Shown: positions 45,844-57,722, counted from the whole stretch's first letter. The stretch is 62,815 nt of DNA, filler included, from 9 parts of 9 records of this genome joined end to end with filler, not necessarily neighbours in it; one strand, 5' to 3'. Program-made: numbers and translations. Notes: a model not told the origin generated them from the sequence alone.

Positions 45844-47262
45844 TTATAAGTTGCACATGCAGATAATCCGTGTCGGTCCTATCTCATCATAGGCAGTCAA
45901 AGGCATCCACATGTTGTCCAAGGCTGAAAGTCCGGCCAAGAGAGATCCCCCGGTCCAGGCCGCAGGTTGCACCGTATTGCATCTTGTATCGCACCATTTG
46001 TTGATACTAGGCAAGTGATACGAGTGCTTGGTTGGCACATGTTCAGCCACCTGCCGCCACAAGTGGCCGTCGAGCCCGCGAGCTGGACTCTCATGAGACT
46101 CTCGAGCCATGAGGCACGTATATAAGTGATCCCGCCAGCTTGGGGCGGGCTGCAGTAGGCTCGAGACACGCAACATCTCTGGCGTGATGCTATTGGGCAG
46201 CCGCGGGTAGCCACTCGGGGCAGCAATCTCGCTCTGAAGCCGCTCGGCCACGTTGGGGAACCCAGAGCCACCTCCAAGCAAGAGTACGTTCTGACATACC
46301 TGGTGCAAGATGTCGCTGTCCGTGGAGCGGAGGGCCAGTAGTGACTTCCTCGCAAGCTCGTCGACGGAGGGGTGGTACCACTTGTCGCTGTGCATATGGT
46401 ACCAGCCAACCGAGTGCTTATTGAACAAGATCTCGGCGCATTGGATCAGCTCCTGGCCTAGCAAGATCTCAGTCTGGTCAGGCAGAACCAGCTTCTTGGC
46501 CGACGGATGCTCGGTATTGGTGCGCTGATCCTCGCTCATCTGAGCAAATTCCGCCTCGAAGTCAAGAGCGACAAAGCACCACTCTTCCTTAATCCGCCGC
46601 ATAAGCTGGCGATTAGCGCCTGAGCAGCCGTAATCAAACCCGCGACGCTGCGACCCGACGATCTTCCAAAGATGTTCCTCCATCGCCCCGACCGGCTCCG
46701 AGTCCGAACTCTCGTACGTGTGTGCCAGAGAGTAGCCGTCCCAGACCGCTTCGCACTGTGTGACCCCCCCGCCCAGCTCGACTGCCAGGCCAGTGGTCCG
46801 GCCGGCCGCGTAGCAGCCCAGCACGAGGTCGTTGGCCAGAAAGCAGCGCGGTACGCAATGGGTTTCGAACAGCACTTGCGCTTTCCGTGATCGCTCTTCC
46901 TGGCTCCTCTGCGGCTTCTCTGCCAGAACTACGCCCGCCTGGCCGGGCTCCACCCGCAGTTCCGCGTAGAGCACGTGCTCCCATATCTTTTCTAGGTCCT
47001 CCCAGTCCTGGATGTACCCGTTAGCCAGAGGCCTCCGGAGCCACAGATCCGGCCGGGACTGCGCTGCCAGTCCTATGTACGCACCCTCGGGCGATAATGC
47101 CGGGTGTCGCGGGCGGCCGACCACTGTGTCGAAGCAGACCGTCGGCTGGGCCTCCCCCGCGAGCCCAGCCTTGAGCATTACGGTGCCACAGTCCAGGCAC
47201 ACGGTCGGCCAATCCCCGACCACCAGAGGCAGCGCCGCCACACCGCCCTGGGGGGACTCCAT
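45844..47262 (-). CDS. Divergent actin-related protein, intronless
   Basis: LDCGT..KAGLAGE, VVGRPRH, WEDLEKIWEH, GRTTGL, IKEEWCFVALDFEAE, LPDQ, GGGSGFP and AWTGGS. Confidence 0.9.
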   Translation of the reverse strand: MESPQGGVAALPLVVGDWPTVCLDCGTVMLKAGLAGEAQPTVCFDTVVGRPRHPALSPEGAYIGLAAQSRPDLWLRRPLANGYIQDWEDLEKIWEHVLYAELRVEPGQAGVVLAEKPQRSQEERSRKAQVLFETHCVPRCFLANDLVLGCYAAGRTTGLAVELGGGVTQCEAVWDGYSLAHTYESSDSEPVGAMEEHLWKIVGSQRRGFDYGCSGANRQLMRRIKEEWCFVALDFEAEFAQMSEDQRTNTEHPSAKKLVLPDQTEILLGQELIQCAEILFNKHSVGWYHMHSDKWYHPSVDELARKSLLALRSTDSDILHQVCQNVLLLGGGSGFPNVAERLQSEIAAPSGYPRLPNSITPEMLRVSSLLQPAPSWRDHLYTCLMARESHESPARGLDGHLWRQVAEHVPTKHSYHLPSINKWCDTRCNTVQPAAWTGGSLLAGLSALDNMWMPLTAYDEIGPTRIICMCNL

Positions 47263-47329
47263 GGCCCGCACTTGCACTGTCACCACTCACCGGGGAGATG
47301 TCCAAGATGCCGTTGGAGCTCTCAGTCAG

Positions 47330-49375
47330 ATGTCCGGTGCACCGGGCGAGGGCCTGTCGTGCGTCACGGCCGGCCCGGACAAGCAGCGGGTGAGCGGCAC
47401 GCTGCCGCTGATCGCCCCGTTCGAGGGCGACGCCCAGTCGATCTCGCCCACGCCCCTACTCCCGTTCAACACTGGCCAGTCCTCCTCCCCGCGCAGCCCA
47501 GCGGTGCCCGGCCCCTCCCGCCCGCCCCAGCCGCTTGCAGGGCGAGCCCGCCCCACCGGTCTGCCCGGGCACTCCGGAGATCCCGGCGAAGGGACCGGCC
47601 ACGCTGCCCGGTGCGGGGGGCGCGCCGGCTGGGCAGCGAGCGGCCGCAGGAAGCATCCGGTTTCCGTCGCAGCCGGGCAAGCCCAACAAGCTGGCGATCG
47701 TGATGGTGCGGGCGGTCGGCGCCGAGCTGAGCACCCAGCAGGTAGGGCTGCCTCTCCGGGGAAAGACGTTCATCTCACTCCGGCTTTGCCGCTACCTCGT
47801 GTGGTGCCGGGCGGCCTGGCCGAAGCGCGAGCCGGGCCGCAGGCTGGGGCACAAGACCAGAGTGTTTGTGGCGACAGATTACCGGCGGCGGATGATGGAG
47901 GACAGCGGGCTCGAATACCCAGGCTCGGCTTTCTTTGATAATCCGGAGGGTATGCGGCCGAGAGTGGGCCCGAGCGAGCGAGTGACAGGCGTGGAGATGC
48001 GGAATAAAGCAGCCGAGATGGCTCTGGATGACATGATCGACTACCTTGCGAACGAGGGGCAAGTGGCCATCATGGACGATCACAACGTCCGGAAAGACAC
48101 GCGCAACCACCTGACAGAGCGCTGCCACGCACACAAGTATCAGGTACACAATGCTGCAGCCGGCCCGGCCCGAGCCCGTACAGGTGGTGTTCATCGAATG
48201 CGCCTGCTTTGACTTGGAGGATATCAGAGCCAAATACGAGCAGTACAAGGTTGGGCCGCTCCGGCTGCGCTGAAAGGCTCTCAGGCCACTTCTCCCGATT
48301 ATGTCAACATGAGCGACGAGCAAGCCATGCTCGACCTTGACCGGAGGGTGCCAGCCAACACCTGCCTGCCTGACCCGGTCCTGGCAGAGCCAGTACTACG
48401 AAAGCATATATGAGCCGTTAGGGGAGCAGGACAAGGACCTATCCTACATTAAGGTGGCTGACGGGAGCCGACAGCTCTGTATAAACAAGTTTGGCGGGTA
48501 CTCTGACCTACCAAGGCGGGACTGACACGGTTGCAGCTTTCTGCCCGGCCGAATCGTCGCGCTGCTAATGCACGTGCATTCGGAGCCGCGGCACATTTAC
48601 CTCTCACGGCACGGGCTGTCAGAGTTCAATACGGAGGGCCGGGTGTGCCTGCAGTCTGAGCCCTGGCCAACTGTCTGCAGATCGGGGGCGACAGCGACAT
48701 CACGCCGCAGGGTCTCGAGTACGCCAAGGCAATGGCCCAGTATATGAAACAAGAGGCACCGGCCGGCTTGTGTCGCTTGAGAGCGGGACAGATTGGAGTT
48801 GAGGGCGGGGATCGGAGGGCGCAATTAGGGGTGTGGACGAGCACGCTCAATAGGACAAAGCAGACAGCCCAGTTCATCCGGAGGTGGCCAAAGCTAGGGT
48901 CCGATGCCAGCCACGGGCAGGCACAAGATCGAGTGGCGGGCACTTGATGAGATACACGCCGGTATATGCGACTCGATGACCCAGCAAGAGATCCAGGCGA
49001 GTGATGGCTCAGGCCAGGCCGCTCAGCGTCGAGTACAGGAGCTCTATCCAGAGGTGCTAGCCGCGCGCAAGATGGACAAGCTCTCTTTTCGTTACCCCCA
49101 GGGCGAGTCTTACTTGGACGGTGCCACGGCCATTGCGTGATGTACCTTACATCACGCAATGCTGCTGGCAGTGATCAAGCGCCTTGAGCCTATTTTTCTG
49201 TCTCTCGAGCGACAACGCTGTCCGTTGCTTGTTGTGGCTCACCAGGTCATGCAGCCCAAAGCATTTGCTAGCGGGGGCAGGCGGTGCTGCGGGTGATTGC
49301 GTGCTACTTTACTGACAAATCTCCTGCCGACTGCTGTCACTATCAGATTCCGATGCACAGCGTAATGAAACTGAC
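47330..49375 (+). CDS. PFKFB: 6-phosphofructo-2-kinase/fructose-2,6-bisphosphatase, at least 13 introns, 3' truncated
   Basis: IVM|VGLPLRGKT, SPDY, IYLSRHGLSEFN, IGGD, VWTSTL, LDEIHAG, FRYPQGESYLD|VIKRLEP and VAHQ|AV. Confidence 0.93.
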
Positions 49376-49475
49376 NNNNNNNNNNNNNNNNNNNNNNNNN
49401 NNNNNNNNNNNNNNNNNNNTTAATTAATTAANNNNNNNNNNNNNNNNNNNNNNNNNNNNNNNNNNNNNNNNNNNN

Positions 49476-52400
49476 TTGGTTTTGATTTGGTCCAGAGACC
49501 CACAGCACTGACGCTATTGCACGGGCCACAAGGAATGGTGAATGCGGAATGATAAAACCGCTGAGCTGTGATGCAGTAAACACTCCCATGTCTGTTGAAC
49601 TGACCGTTGCAGGTGCCAGCCCACCATTTGTCAACGCTCGCAGGGAAGTGTCGAGTAGAAACTGAACATGCATGTCGAATTGATGAGCCTTATCAGCGGC
49701 GAAACCACCATGCTCGTGAGCCAAACCATGCTGCAGCTTCTCTCCAAGGAAATACCCAGCTTGTACTTCTGCAGGCATGTTGGCAGTAACACATTGCACA
49801 CGCCACCGGTAGGGGGGCATATGCCTACCACCACCGGGGGGGCAGCGACCAACCAAGAGAGTTGACCATAGCATGTCTGGCGACTGAGTACCGCCAGCAA
49901 GGCTGCACCCCATGCCCGATACTCTGATCACCAGGTGATCCCGCGGGGCCAGTGCATTCTCCAGCTGCTCTTTACCACCTCGCTGCCCCCGGTCGTGCGC
50001 TTTTGCACCATTGCCAATTGATACTTGGGATACAATAAAGGCTGCTAGCTCTGAGACAGTAGAGTGCTCCAGAAATAGGACGGCAGACAGTTTGACGGCA
50101 GAAATCCCCAGGGCACGCTTGAGCGCTTTAGATAACGAGGTGACAGCTTTGGCAGCTTTAATTGAGTCGATTCCAGCAGACAATAGCGAGTCCTCTGCTG
50201 TCAAAGCCATATTCCCAGTGATTTGTTGCACCTCCTGTAGGGCGACTTGCTCGACGATTCTTTGTATGATTCCACACTTGTGCGTGCTGGTGGACTCAAG
50301 AGAGTCCAGCTGCGTTTGAGAACTGTCTGTTCTCTGGAGAGCTGGAGTTCGCTCTCCTGCGTGACTGATCACCGGGTCTCTGATCACATCTATATTACTC
50401 AGGTCCTTCCACAAACGGTCGACCTCTGACGTTATCCAGGCGGTCAAAGAGCCGGCCATGTGGTCCTCCGGAATGGAATGGCTGAGTACATTGAATGCAA
50501 TGTAGTGTGCACTTTCCCTGGGCTGACTCAGCTTCATGGTCTCCGAAAGGCTGTGTCGTGTCCGGGACGGCTGCGCCAACTTCAGTAACTCAGAATACCA
50601 GAGCTCGCTTGGACCTTCAAAAATGCATGTGATGCGCAGCGTGTTCACAAGATCGCCAAAACTCTCACCACTGAACTCGTCTTCAGTGCCGGCAAGTGCT
50701 GTTGTGTCCAGTGTCATTTCCAATTCCTCTGCGAGTTCTAGTGCATAGTCTGGAAAGAGAACCTTGATGGCGATACAAACTTGCATGTCAACTGGATCTG
50801 CCGCCGAAGACTCTGGTTCTACAACAGCGTCGAGCAGGCCAAGACCGTAATGGACAAAGTTGCGGCAGGCTTGAAGTGTCAATTTATGCTGGTCTTCCTT
50901 GCGAGTCTCTACAAGGCTGCACAACCGGTCAAGAATACCCAGTGTACTGACAGCAATACCCAATCTCGTAACGTTCATAGTTTGTAGTGCGACCTCGAAG
51001 GACCTTGTCCCCCAGTTGAAGACCACAGGGACGTTCTTGAACGTAACCTGTGCGAACGGTGTCTTGCGCAATCCCAGCGTGGACCACCGGCGATCCACCG
51101 TAACACCCTTTGACCTCCCATCCACGAGAACTAGCCTCCATTCGTTGTTTTCATCGAATGCTGAAACTACGTACCAGTCTACGGGCAGTCCATCGCCGTA
51201 TTTTGCTAGGCCGCAGCCAAATCCTCCCCAGTATTTTGTCCCAGACAGCTGCCGATCTTTAATCCTCGCATGGATGCTCTTCATGGCGCTTCCAGGGGTC
51301 TCCTCTACTAGCATGTAAGAGCCTAAAACTCTGTCTTTAGCGAAATCAGCACACAGGCACTGTTGCTGCTCTACGAACATCAGAGGTATGCGGCTGAGTG
51401 TATTTTGATATCCTACCATCTGTGCAAAGTCAGTATCCTGCTGAATGAGCGCATATACAACACGGAAGAACTGCCTAAGACTGCAATGCCTGTTGTACAG
51501 CAGCCCTAAGCAGCTGGAGCTCGTTCGAACGCTGTCAAGGCATCGCTGCCACTGCGCTGGGCTGGGGGTCTCGTTGTAACTTTTCAGGGTGGGGATGATG
51601 CCTGGCGATGTGTCTGAGATGACCTGTGTCCCAATTCGACAATACTCTGTCACCAGACTGCTCTCTGGCGAACCCACCGACGTTGTAATTCCAAGAGATT
51701 TAAGCCACTGGCCGCGGTTCCACTGCAGCAATGCCTGGCTGCGTAGAAATGATAGCATGTCGGCGTCATTCGCCACAAATTCGGCCACCCTCAAGATTGC
51801 AACTGTGCTTCCTGAGGTAGACTGGCACTTATCCACAGACTGGATCGGGCCTGATGCGCCAAGCCCATCTGCTAACCATTCAGGCTCCACGTCGGCGGCC
51901 ATCTTTCTGGATCTAACCATCGGATCTTCGAGTCTCCGCACCCGCTCTAAGTTGCCAGCGTGCTGAGAGTACTTGCTCTCTTTGTTGACTCGCCGTGACC
52001 CGAAAAAGTTAGACCCGCGACGTATCAGGGAGATTGACAGCTCGAATAGCGCGTGCACCCACGCCAGATGCTGCGCCGGAGACAGACTGGGTAAGTCTGT
52101 GCCGGCAGATCGCTTGAGCAGTCGGTGAAACAGCCGAACCAAGGTTTGCAGTTGTGCTGAAAATAACCTGAACTGGCTGACTTGGTTGAGCGCTTGATCT
52201 GGCATTACCTTTCGTGTAGGGGCCCACTCCAACAGGTCCGCCTGGAAGCCTTGGACAATGTCCATTGCCATAAAAACATGCTGTAGGTTCGGATCTCGAG
52301 AGTCCAAATGGTGCTGTGGTGCAATTGCAAAGCACGTGGCTTGTTGCTCGTCGCATTGGGCGTATTCGGCGTTCACAGCTGTTGCAGACAGTGCATCTAC

Positions 52401-53084
52401 TTTGTCCTCTCTTAACCTGGACGCCAGCACATGCAGCAGTGCTGGCGTATCGTCGCTGCTTAGAGCCGCAACCCAACCTGCAACGCGCCCGAACATCCAA
52501 TCTGAGTTTTCAGTGCCAGCTGCAGCTGCCTGTTGCTGCTGCTTCCCAAGCCAATCCAAGAAGCCTTGCTTGCAGGCATTCCGCCTGATCTTGCCGCTGG
52601 TGGTCTTGGGAATCGTGCGCTGCTTCAGCAGTAATATACTGTGGCATCGCAACTGGTTATCACTCGAAATGGTGGTCTGGACTGAAGTCATGATCTGCTC
52701 GAGCTCCGATTCGCTGTGTTTACCTCTGACCTCGGCCACCAGCACCAGCATCTCCTCACCTGCAACGTCCACGCTGAACGCCGCTGAGCAGCCGGGCCGT
52801 AGATTCGAGTTGCTCTCAGCGGAATGCTCGATGTCTTGCGGATAGATGTTTCGGCCACAAATGATGATCAGATCTTTCAGCCGGCTGCACACGTACAGCT
52901 CACCCTGGTGGATGAAACCGAGGTCGCCCGTGCGCAAGTACTCGATGCTGGTCGGGTCGCCCTGAATGGTGGCCTGGAAGGTGTCTCTGGTGAGTTCGTC
53001 CCTGCCCCAGTAGCCCTGCGCCTTGCTCGGGCTTGATAAACAGATCTCGCCCAAGTATTGATCCGGTTGCCGGACTAGCTGGCC
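49476..53084 (-). CDS. Type I PKS-like megasynthase fragment: FAAL - acyl-CoA dehydrogenase-like - ACP - KS (both ends truncated)
   Basis: One ORF spans the contig. FAAL: GYWG, LRTGDLGF, RLKDLII.GRNIYPQDIE, IPKTTSGKIRR. ACAD: LSGTKYW, TLGLR, VTFKNV, RLGIA, IFEG. ACP: GIDSI. KS: VSGMGC.LAGG...LW. Confidence 0.85.
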
Positions 53085-53184
53085 NNNNNNNNNNNNNNNN
53101 NNNNNNNNNNNNNNNNNNNNNNNNNNNNTTAATTAATTAANNNNNNNNNNNNNNNNNNNNNNNNNNNNNNNNNNNNNNNNNNNN

Positions 53185-53589
53185 ACCGCAGCTCTTCTAA
53201 CGCTGTCTCAAAATACCCAGACATGGAAGGCAAGCCAACAGAATTTAAAGCACATGAGTGCTGCACATCACAATGTCGGTCGGGTTGTTGCTGGCCGATG
53301 CCCCGGGCCGGCCCGGCCACCTCAGCGATCCGGCGCTGCTTGTCGGCCTCCGCCTGCTGACGCGCTTGCTGTTCGCCGATGATCCGCCTGCCCCGGGGCT
53401 CCAGCCGCCCCGCCCTCCGGGCACGCACAGCCGCGCAGCCTCGGACGCTGCAGCGCATTCGGCGGCAGCCTGCTCGGCAGCCAGGATGGCAGCTGGAACT
53501 CCGGTGAGTGGCCCGGCTGGCTGGCTGGGGGCACCCTCCTCGGCCTTCTGCTTCTCGAGCTGCTTCTTGCTCAGCTTCTTGGGCGCCAT
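53185..53589 (-). CDS. Coiled-coil protein, 5' fragment
   Basis: MAPKKLSKKQLEKQKAEE followed by short introns and A/E/Q-rich exons. Confidence 0.5.
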
Positions 53590-53691
53590 CCTCCGGCGCC
53601 TCTATCGACACCACGTCCGCACAGCCAGCCCGTATGGTCCAAAAATAGCGACTCGCGCGGATTGTCTGCGGACAGCACCTGCGGCGGGTGT

Positions 53692-55244
53692 ATGGCCGGA
53701 CTCGGGATGCAGTGCGTGGTGGTCGACCTGGGCTCCGGCTGCACCAAGGTGCCCACAGCCCGCTGGACACCCGCCAGCGCCGGGGGCAGGTCGGCCTTGC
53801 CGGCGAGGACGCGCCGCACTCGGTGTTGCCGTCGGTGCTGGCCCGGTCCCGTGGGGGCGACAAGCAGCAATACGTCGGCAGCCATGTGCACAAAGCGGTG
53901 CGCCCTGGGTTGGCCAGCGGTCTCAGTCCAGGCGGCAGTTCCAGGCGGACAACAAGCTGGCCCTACGTTTCCCCGTAGAGCGGGGGGCGCCGTCTGACTG
54001 GTGCCCCACACCGACCCGGGGCGATAGCCGGCCGGGCAGGGACGACTTCGAGCGGCTGTGGGAGTACACGCTGCAGGACATGGGCACTCCGCCTGAGGAG
54101 ATGGCGCTGGTCCGCCCTGCCTGCCGCTTAGCCTCACCCGACCCAGGTGGTGGCCGACTCGCCTCAGAACGTCGAGCACAACTCCATTCAAGTAGCCAAC
54201 CGCCGGCGATTCGCCGAGATCGCCTTCGAGCGGATGGGTGCTGCCTCGTCGCGTGCCCAACTGAGACCAGTCGACAGGCGTGTGTGCGCTGACCATAGGC
54301 CAGCAGCCAGTGCTGTCGCTGTTCTCGACTGGTCGGACACGCGGTTGCGTTCTCGAGGTGGCTGCCCGCGGCTCGCGACCGTGCCGAGCCGCGGGCAGGT
54401 GGGCGCCGGTGTAGCCAGCGCGGTGCCGGTGTTCGAGGGTCTGGCACTCAAGCACGCCACACTACGTCAGAACGTGGCTGGAGCATGCCTGGGCGAGCTG
54501 ATCGGGTTGGCAGCTGTCGGGAGGCGACGTCTCCTGGGCGCTGCTGCGGTCACTGAACGAGCATCGATTGCCCGGGCTGGCCAAGAACGATATTTTGGAG
54601 GCGAATACAATCAAAGAGAAGGTAACTGGCCTGCAGGGCTCGCGACTCAGCTGCTCGTTGCAGATGTGCTTTGTGGCCACAGACATTGAAACGGCGCGGG
54701 CCGAGTGCGCGGCCAATGCCGAGGCGTTCGCCCGACAATATGAGCTGCCGGACGCCACCATGATCACAGTAGGCCGCTGGGCGGTCGGTCGGGCAGCAGG
54801 CGGGCAGGTGGACTGCGATCGGTTTGAGTGCCCTGAGCTCCTGTTCAACCCCAGCCGATCGAGCCAGAAGGAGCAACGGGAGCTGCTCGGCCTGCACGAG
54901 CTGGCCTGCGCCGCTATCGGCAAGGTGGACACTGTGGAGCTCCGGTGTGCTATGTTTGGAAACTTGGTGCTCTCGGGAGGCAGTTCGATTCTGCCTGGTA
55001 AGCGCTTTCTCTGCTGGGCTGATCGGACCCGACAGGCATCAACGAGCGGTTGCAGAGTGAGGTGGCGATGCGGGCCACCGACGGGGCCCAAGTCCAGGTG
55101 GTGTCGGACTCCCAGCGCAAGTATGCTGCGTGGGTGGGAGGATCGATGCTTGGGTCTTTGCCCACGATCAAAGACGTTTTGATCACCAAAGCCGACTATG
55201 AAGCAGACAAAGAGAACGTGGTAGCGAAGCGGTGCTTCACGTAG
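53692..55244 (+). CDS. Divergent actin-related protein with 10 introns of 37-42 nt
   Basis: Spliced VVDLGSGCTK|VGLAGEDAP, STGRTRG, VPVFEG, IKEK|MCFVA, YELPD, RFECPELLFNP, VLSGGS and AWVGGS. Confidence 0.9.
54358..54402 (+). mobile_element. Candidate introner-like micro-element forming an intron (GTGG TSD, 14-bp TIR)
   Basis: GTGG-[CTGCCCGCGGCTCG cgaccgtgc CGAGCCGCGGGCAG]-GTGG. Only one copy seen in the window. Confidence 0.45.
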
Positions 55245-55776
55245 CGTGGCCGGGTCTGTACCCAACACCTCAAACAACTTGGGATTGTCTTCATACATAC
55301 ATTAATTCAATTTAAATTACTGAGCACGTCTTTTTTACAAGTACATGTAGTTCGAATTTAGTTCGAATTCATCATGATGAGAATGTAATGAGAATGATAC
55401 TTGTAAACAAACTTGTATTAAACGTATATTAAACGAATTTCACATAAATACGACCGGTGTACTCGCTACGGGCCTTTGGTGATCGCGTCACCGGCGCTCG
55501 GGCGCTGAGCTCCGGACGGGTCACCCTCGCTTCAATTCAGTTGGTACTTCGAAGCAACAATTCAAGGACCGTTGACCGGCATGCTTTCCCTAGTACTTGT
55601 GGCCAAGTTCTCAAGTATGACTGAGTCGGTACTGTCAGATGTCCCACCCTATTAAAAATGCTCATCACTTCTACAAATTTATATAAAATTTATATGCATT
55701 GGAATAGCATTGGAATCATAGTAAATTTGAATGATTCAAACAAACTGTAACTAGTAGATCACATCAGACTATAAAC

Positions 55777-57203
55777 CTAATCTTCGAATAATATCGCCGG
55801 CCGTCTAGGTTGTTGCCGTTGTGTTCTCTGCGGGAACAGATGCTCCGGTAATGGTTCCGGGGGCACCACAGCGCGAGGGCCATGGATGCGATCAGTGCGT
55901 TCCGCAGGGTCCGACAATGAAGCAGATGGCCACACAGTATTTGTGCTCGACTGTGGCACAGCCCCCGGCTCCTGCATCATGACAGATTCAGTTGCATTAG
56001 CAAAGCTACCCACCAGCCGGTTGCCGTACGCTGCCAGAAGCGACCAGCGATGCAAGCATTGAAGGGCCTGTTGAATTAACTGCCGCATCGAGCTGGCTCT
56101 GACCACGATACAGAGTTTAGCTCGTAGGTCGGCTTGGAAGCGTGAGTGTTGAAGTAACCTATCAGTGCTCCAACGAGCTAGCCCAAGGCGATAATACTCG
56201 AGCGCTGCAGCAACCTCGCCATTGTATTCACCGCACTGCCGGGCAAACCGAGCCCAATATCGCAGCGCCCTCTTCTGCGCAGCGGCTCTTAGCATACAGG
56301 ACCACACCTGCACACCAAGCTGTCAGCGCTCAGAAGGCAGTCTTGGCACCCTTTGCTCATGGCACTGTCGCCTTAGTCGCCTCAAGCTAGCGCGTTTTGA
56401 GAGCTGCCTCGACAGATCCCAGGCAACAGAGTTCAGTTGGAGCTCATCAAGAACGCGATTAAGCGCCTTTCGACGAAAATGATACCAATAGCGTATCTTG
56501 CATGCCTCAATCACTACGGCAGCTTCAGCAGCCCGTTGCCAGATGCTCATTGCACGCTGCAGCGCCCTGGCATTGCACACAGTTTCCGGGGATACTTCAT
56601 ACAAACCACACTGAATTTGGTCCAGCTGCTCGGCAATCCTGGGTTGTGTATCCTTGCTCGCCTGAGTCCGAATCAGCCCAGCCTTGATGGTATCCTGAGT
56701 CTCCTCGCTCACTGTACCTTCCATCTGAGTCCGAATCAGCCCAGCCTTGATGGTGTCCTGAGTCTCCTTGCTCACTGTACCTTTCATCCGCGTCTTTGCC
56801 AGCCCAGCTTTGATCATCTCTTGAGTACTGTCACTTGCTGCGTTATCTAGTCGACTTCGGATTAGCTTCGACCTGATCTGATCGTGATCCTCTCTGGCCC
56901 TGGTAGAATCATCGTCACTGGTCTTCACTTTTCTTGTCTTAACCACCTCTGCCTTTTCTTTCGTTTTCTCATTCTCTTTCTTCTCCTTCTCTTTCTTCTC
57001 TTTCTTCCCTTTCTTTCCCTGTGTGTTCTTCATTTGTTTCTTCACTTTTGTTTGCTTGGTGTCATCGCTGCTGTAACTGGTAGAAGTGCTGCTGCTGCTG
57101 CTGTTGCTGGCTCCATGCTTGCCAGACTTCTTCTTTGGGGACAATTCTTTCTTTCCATTCTTTTTCATGCTTTCTTTGGCGGGCCTGTCTTCTTTCTCAA
57201 CTG
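55777..57203 (-). CDS. Lys-rich protein with 21-aa repeats and Sfi1-like Trp-terminated repeats, 5' truncated
   Basis: ORFs 56323-57168 and 55777-56313 join via a 42-nt intron. Motifs LQRAMSIW, KRALRYW, LGLARW and QCLHRW. Confidence 0.55.
56662..56830. repeat. 63-nt coding tandem repeat (two close copies plus a degenerate third)
   Basis: CTGAGTCCGAATCAGCCCAGCCTTGATGG starts at both 56662 and 56725. Confidence 0.85.
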
Positions 57204-57303
57204 NNNNNNNNNNNNNNNNNNNNNNNNNNNNNNNNNNNNNNNNNNNNTTAATTAATTAANNNNNNNNNNNNNNNNNNNNNNNNNNNNNNNNNNNNNNNNN
57301 NNN

Positions 57304-57556
57304 CCCCCCCCCCCCTCTGCTGCGCACGCACCGTGCGTTGCTCCGTGAGGTTTTCGCGGCGGCGGAGCACGTCGCGGGTGTTCCGCTCAATCTTGGCCAT
57401 CAGCTCCTGTGTGCGGGTGTCCAGCTGGCGCATCAGCATGAAGTTGCGCTGCAGCTCCTGGGGCAGAGACTCGACGCTGTCGAGGAAGTTGTCCAGGTAC
57501 AAGTGCACCGGCGGCCCATCCTTGTTGTCCGGGGTCGCACTGGCTGCCGGCGGCAT
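57304..57556 (-). CDS. ING: ING (inhibitor of growth) family protein, N-terminal fragment
   Basis: [28 protein letters not shown] matches the ING N-terminal domain. Confidence 0.85.
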
Positions 57557-57722
57557 CGGCGCCCGGCGGACTCCTCCTCACGAGAGCTACTCCCGAGCCG
57601 CCTCCCTCCACCCACTGGCGTCAAGCCGTCCGGAGGCAGAGCCGGAGGCAGAATCCGTTGTCGATCCAGCGGGCACCATCCTCGGGCTCGTCCCTTTGTT
57701 CTCGACCGCTCCGACTGGGAAG

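Noticed and set aside
31889-53084. Functional clustering of the E1-E2 fusion, PKS and other genes
   Set aside because: They lie on different contigs, so adjacency is an artefact of concatenation.
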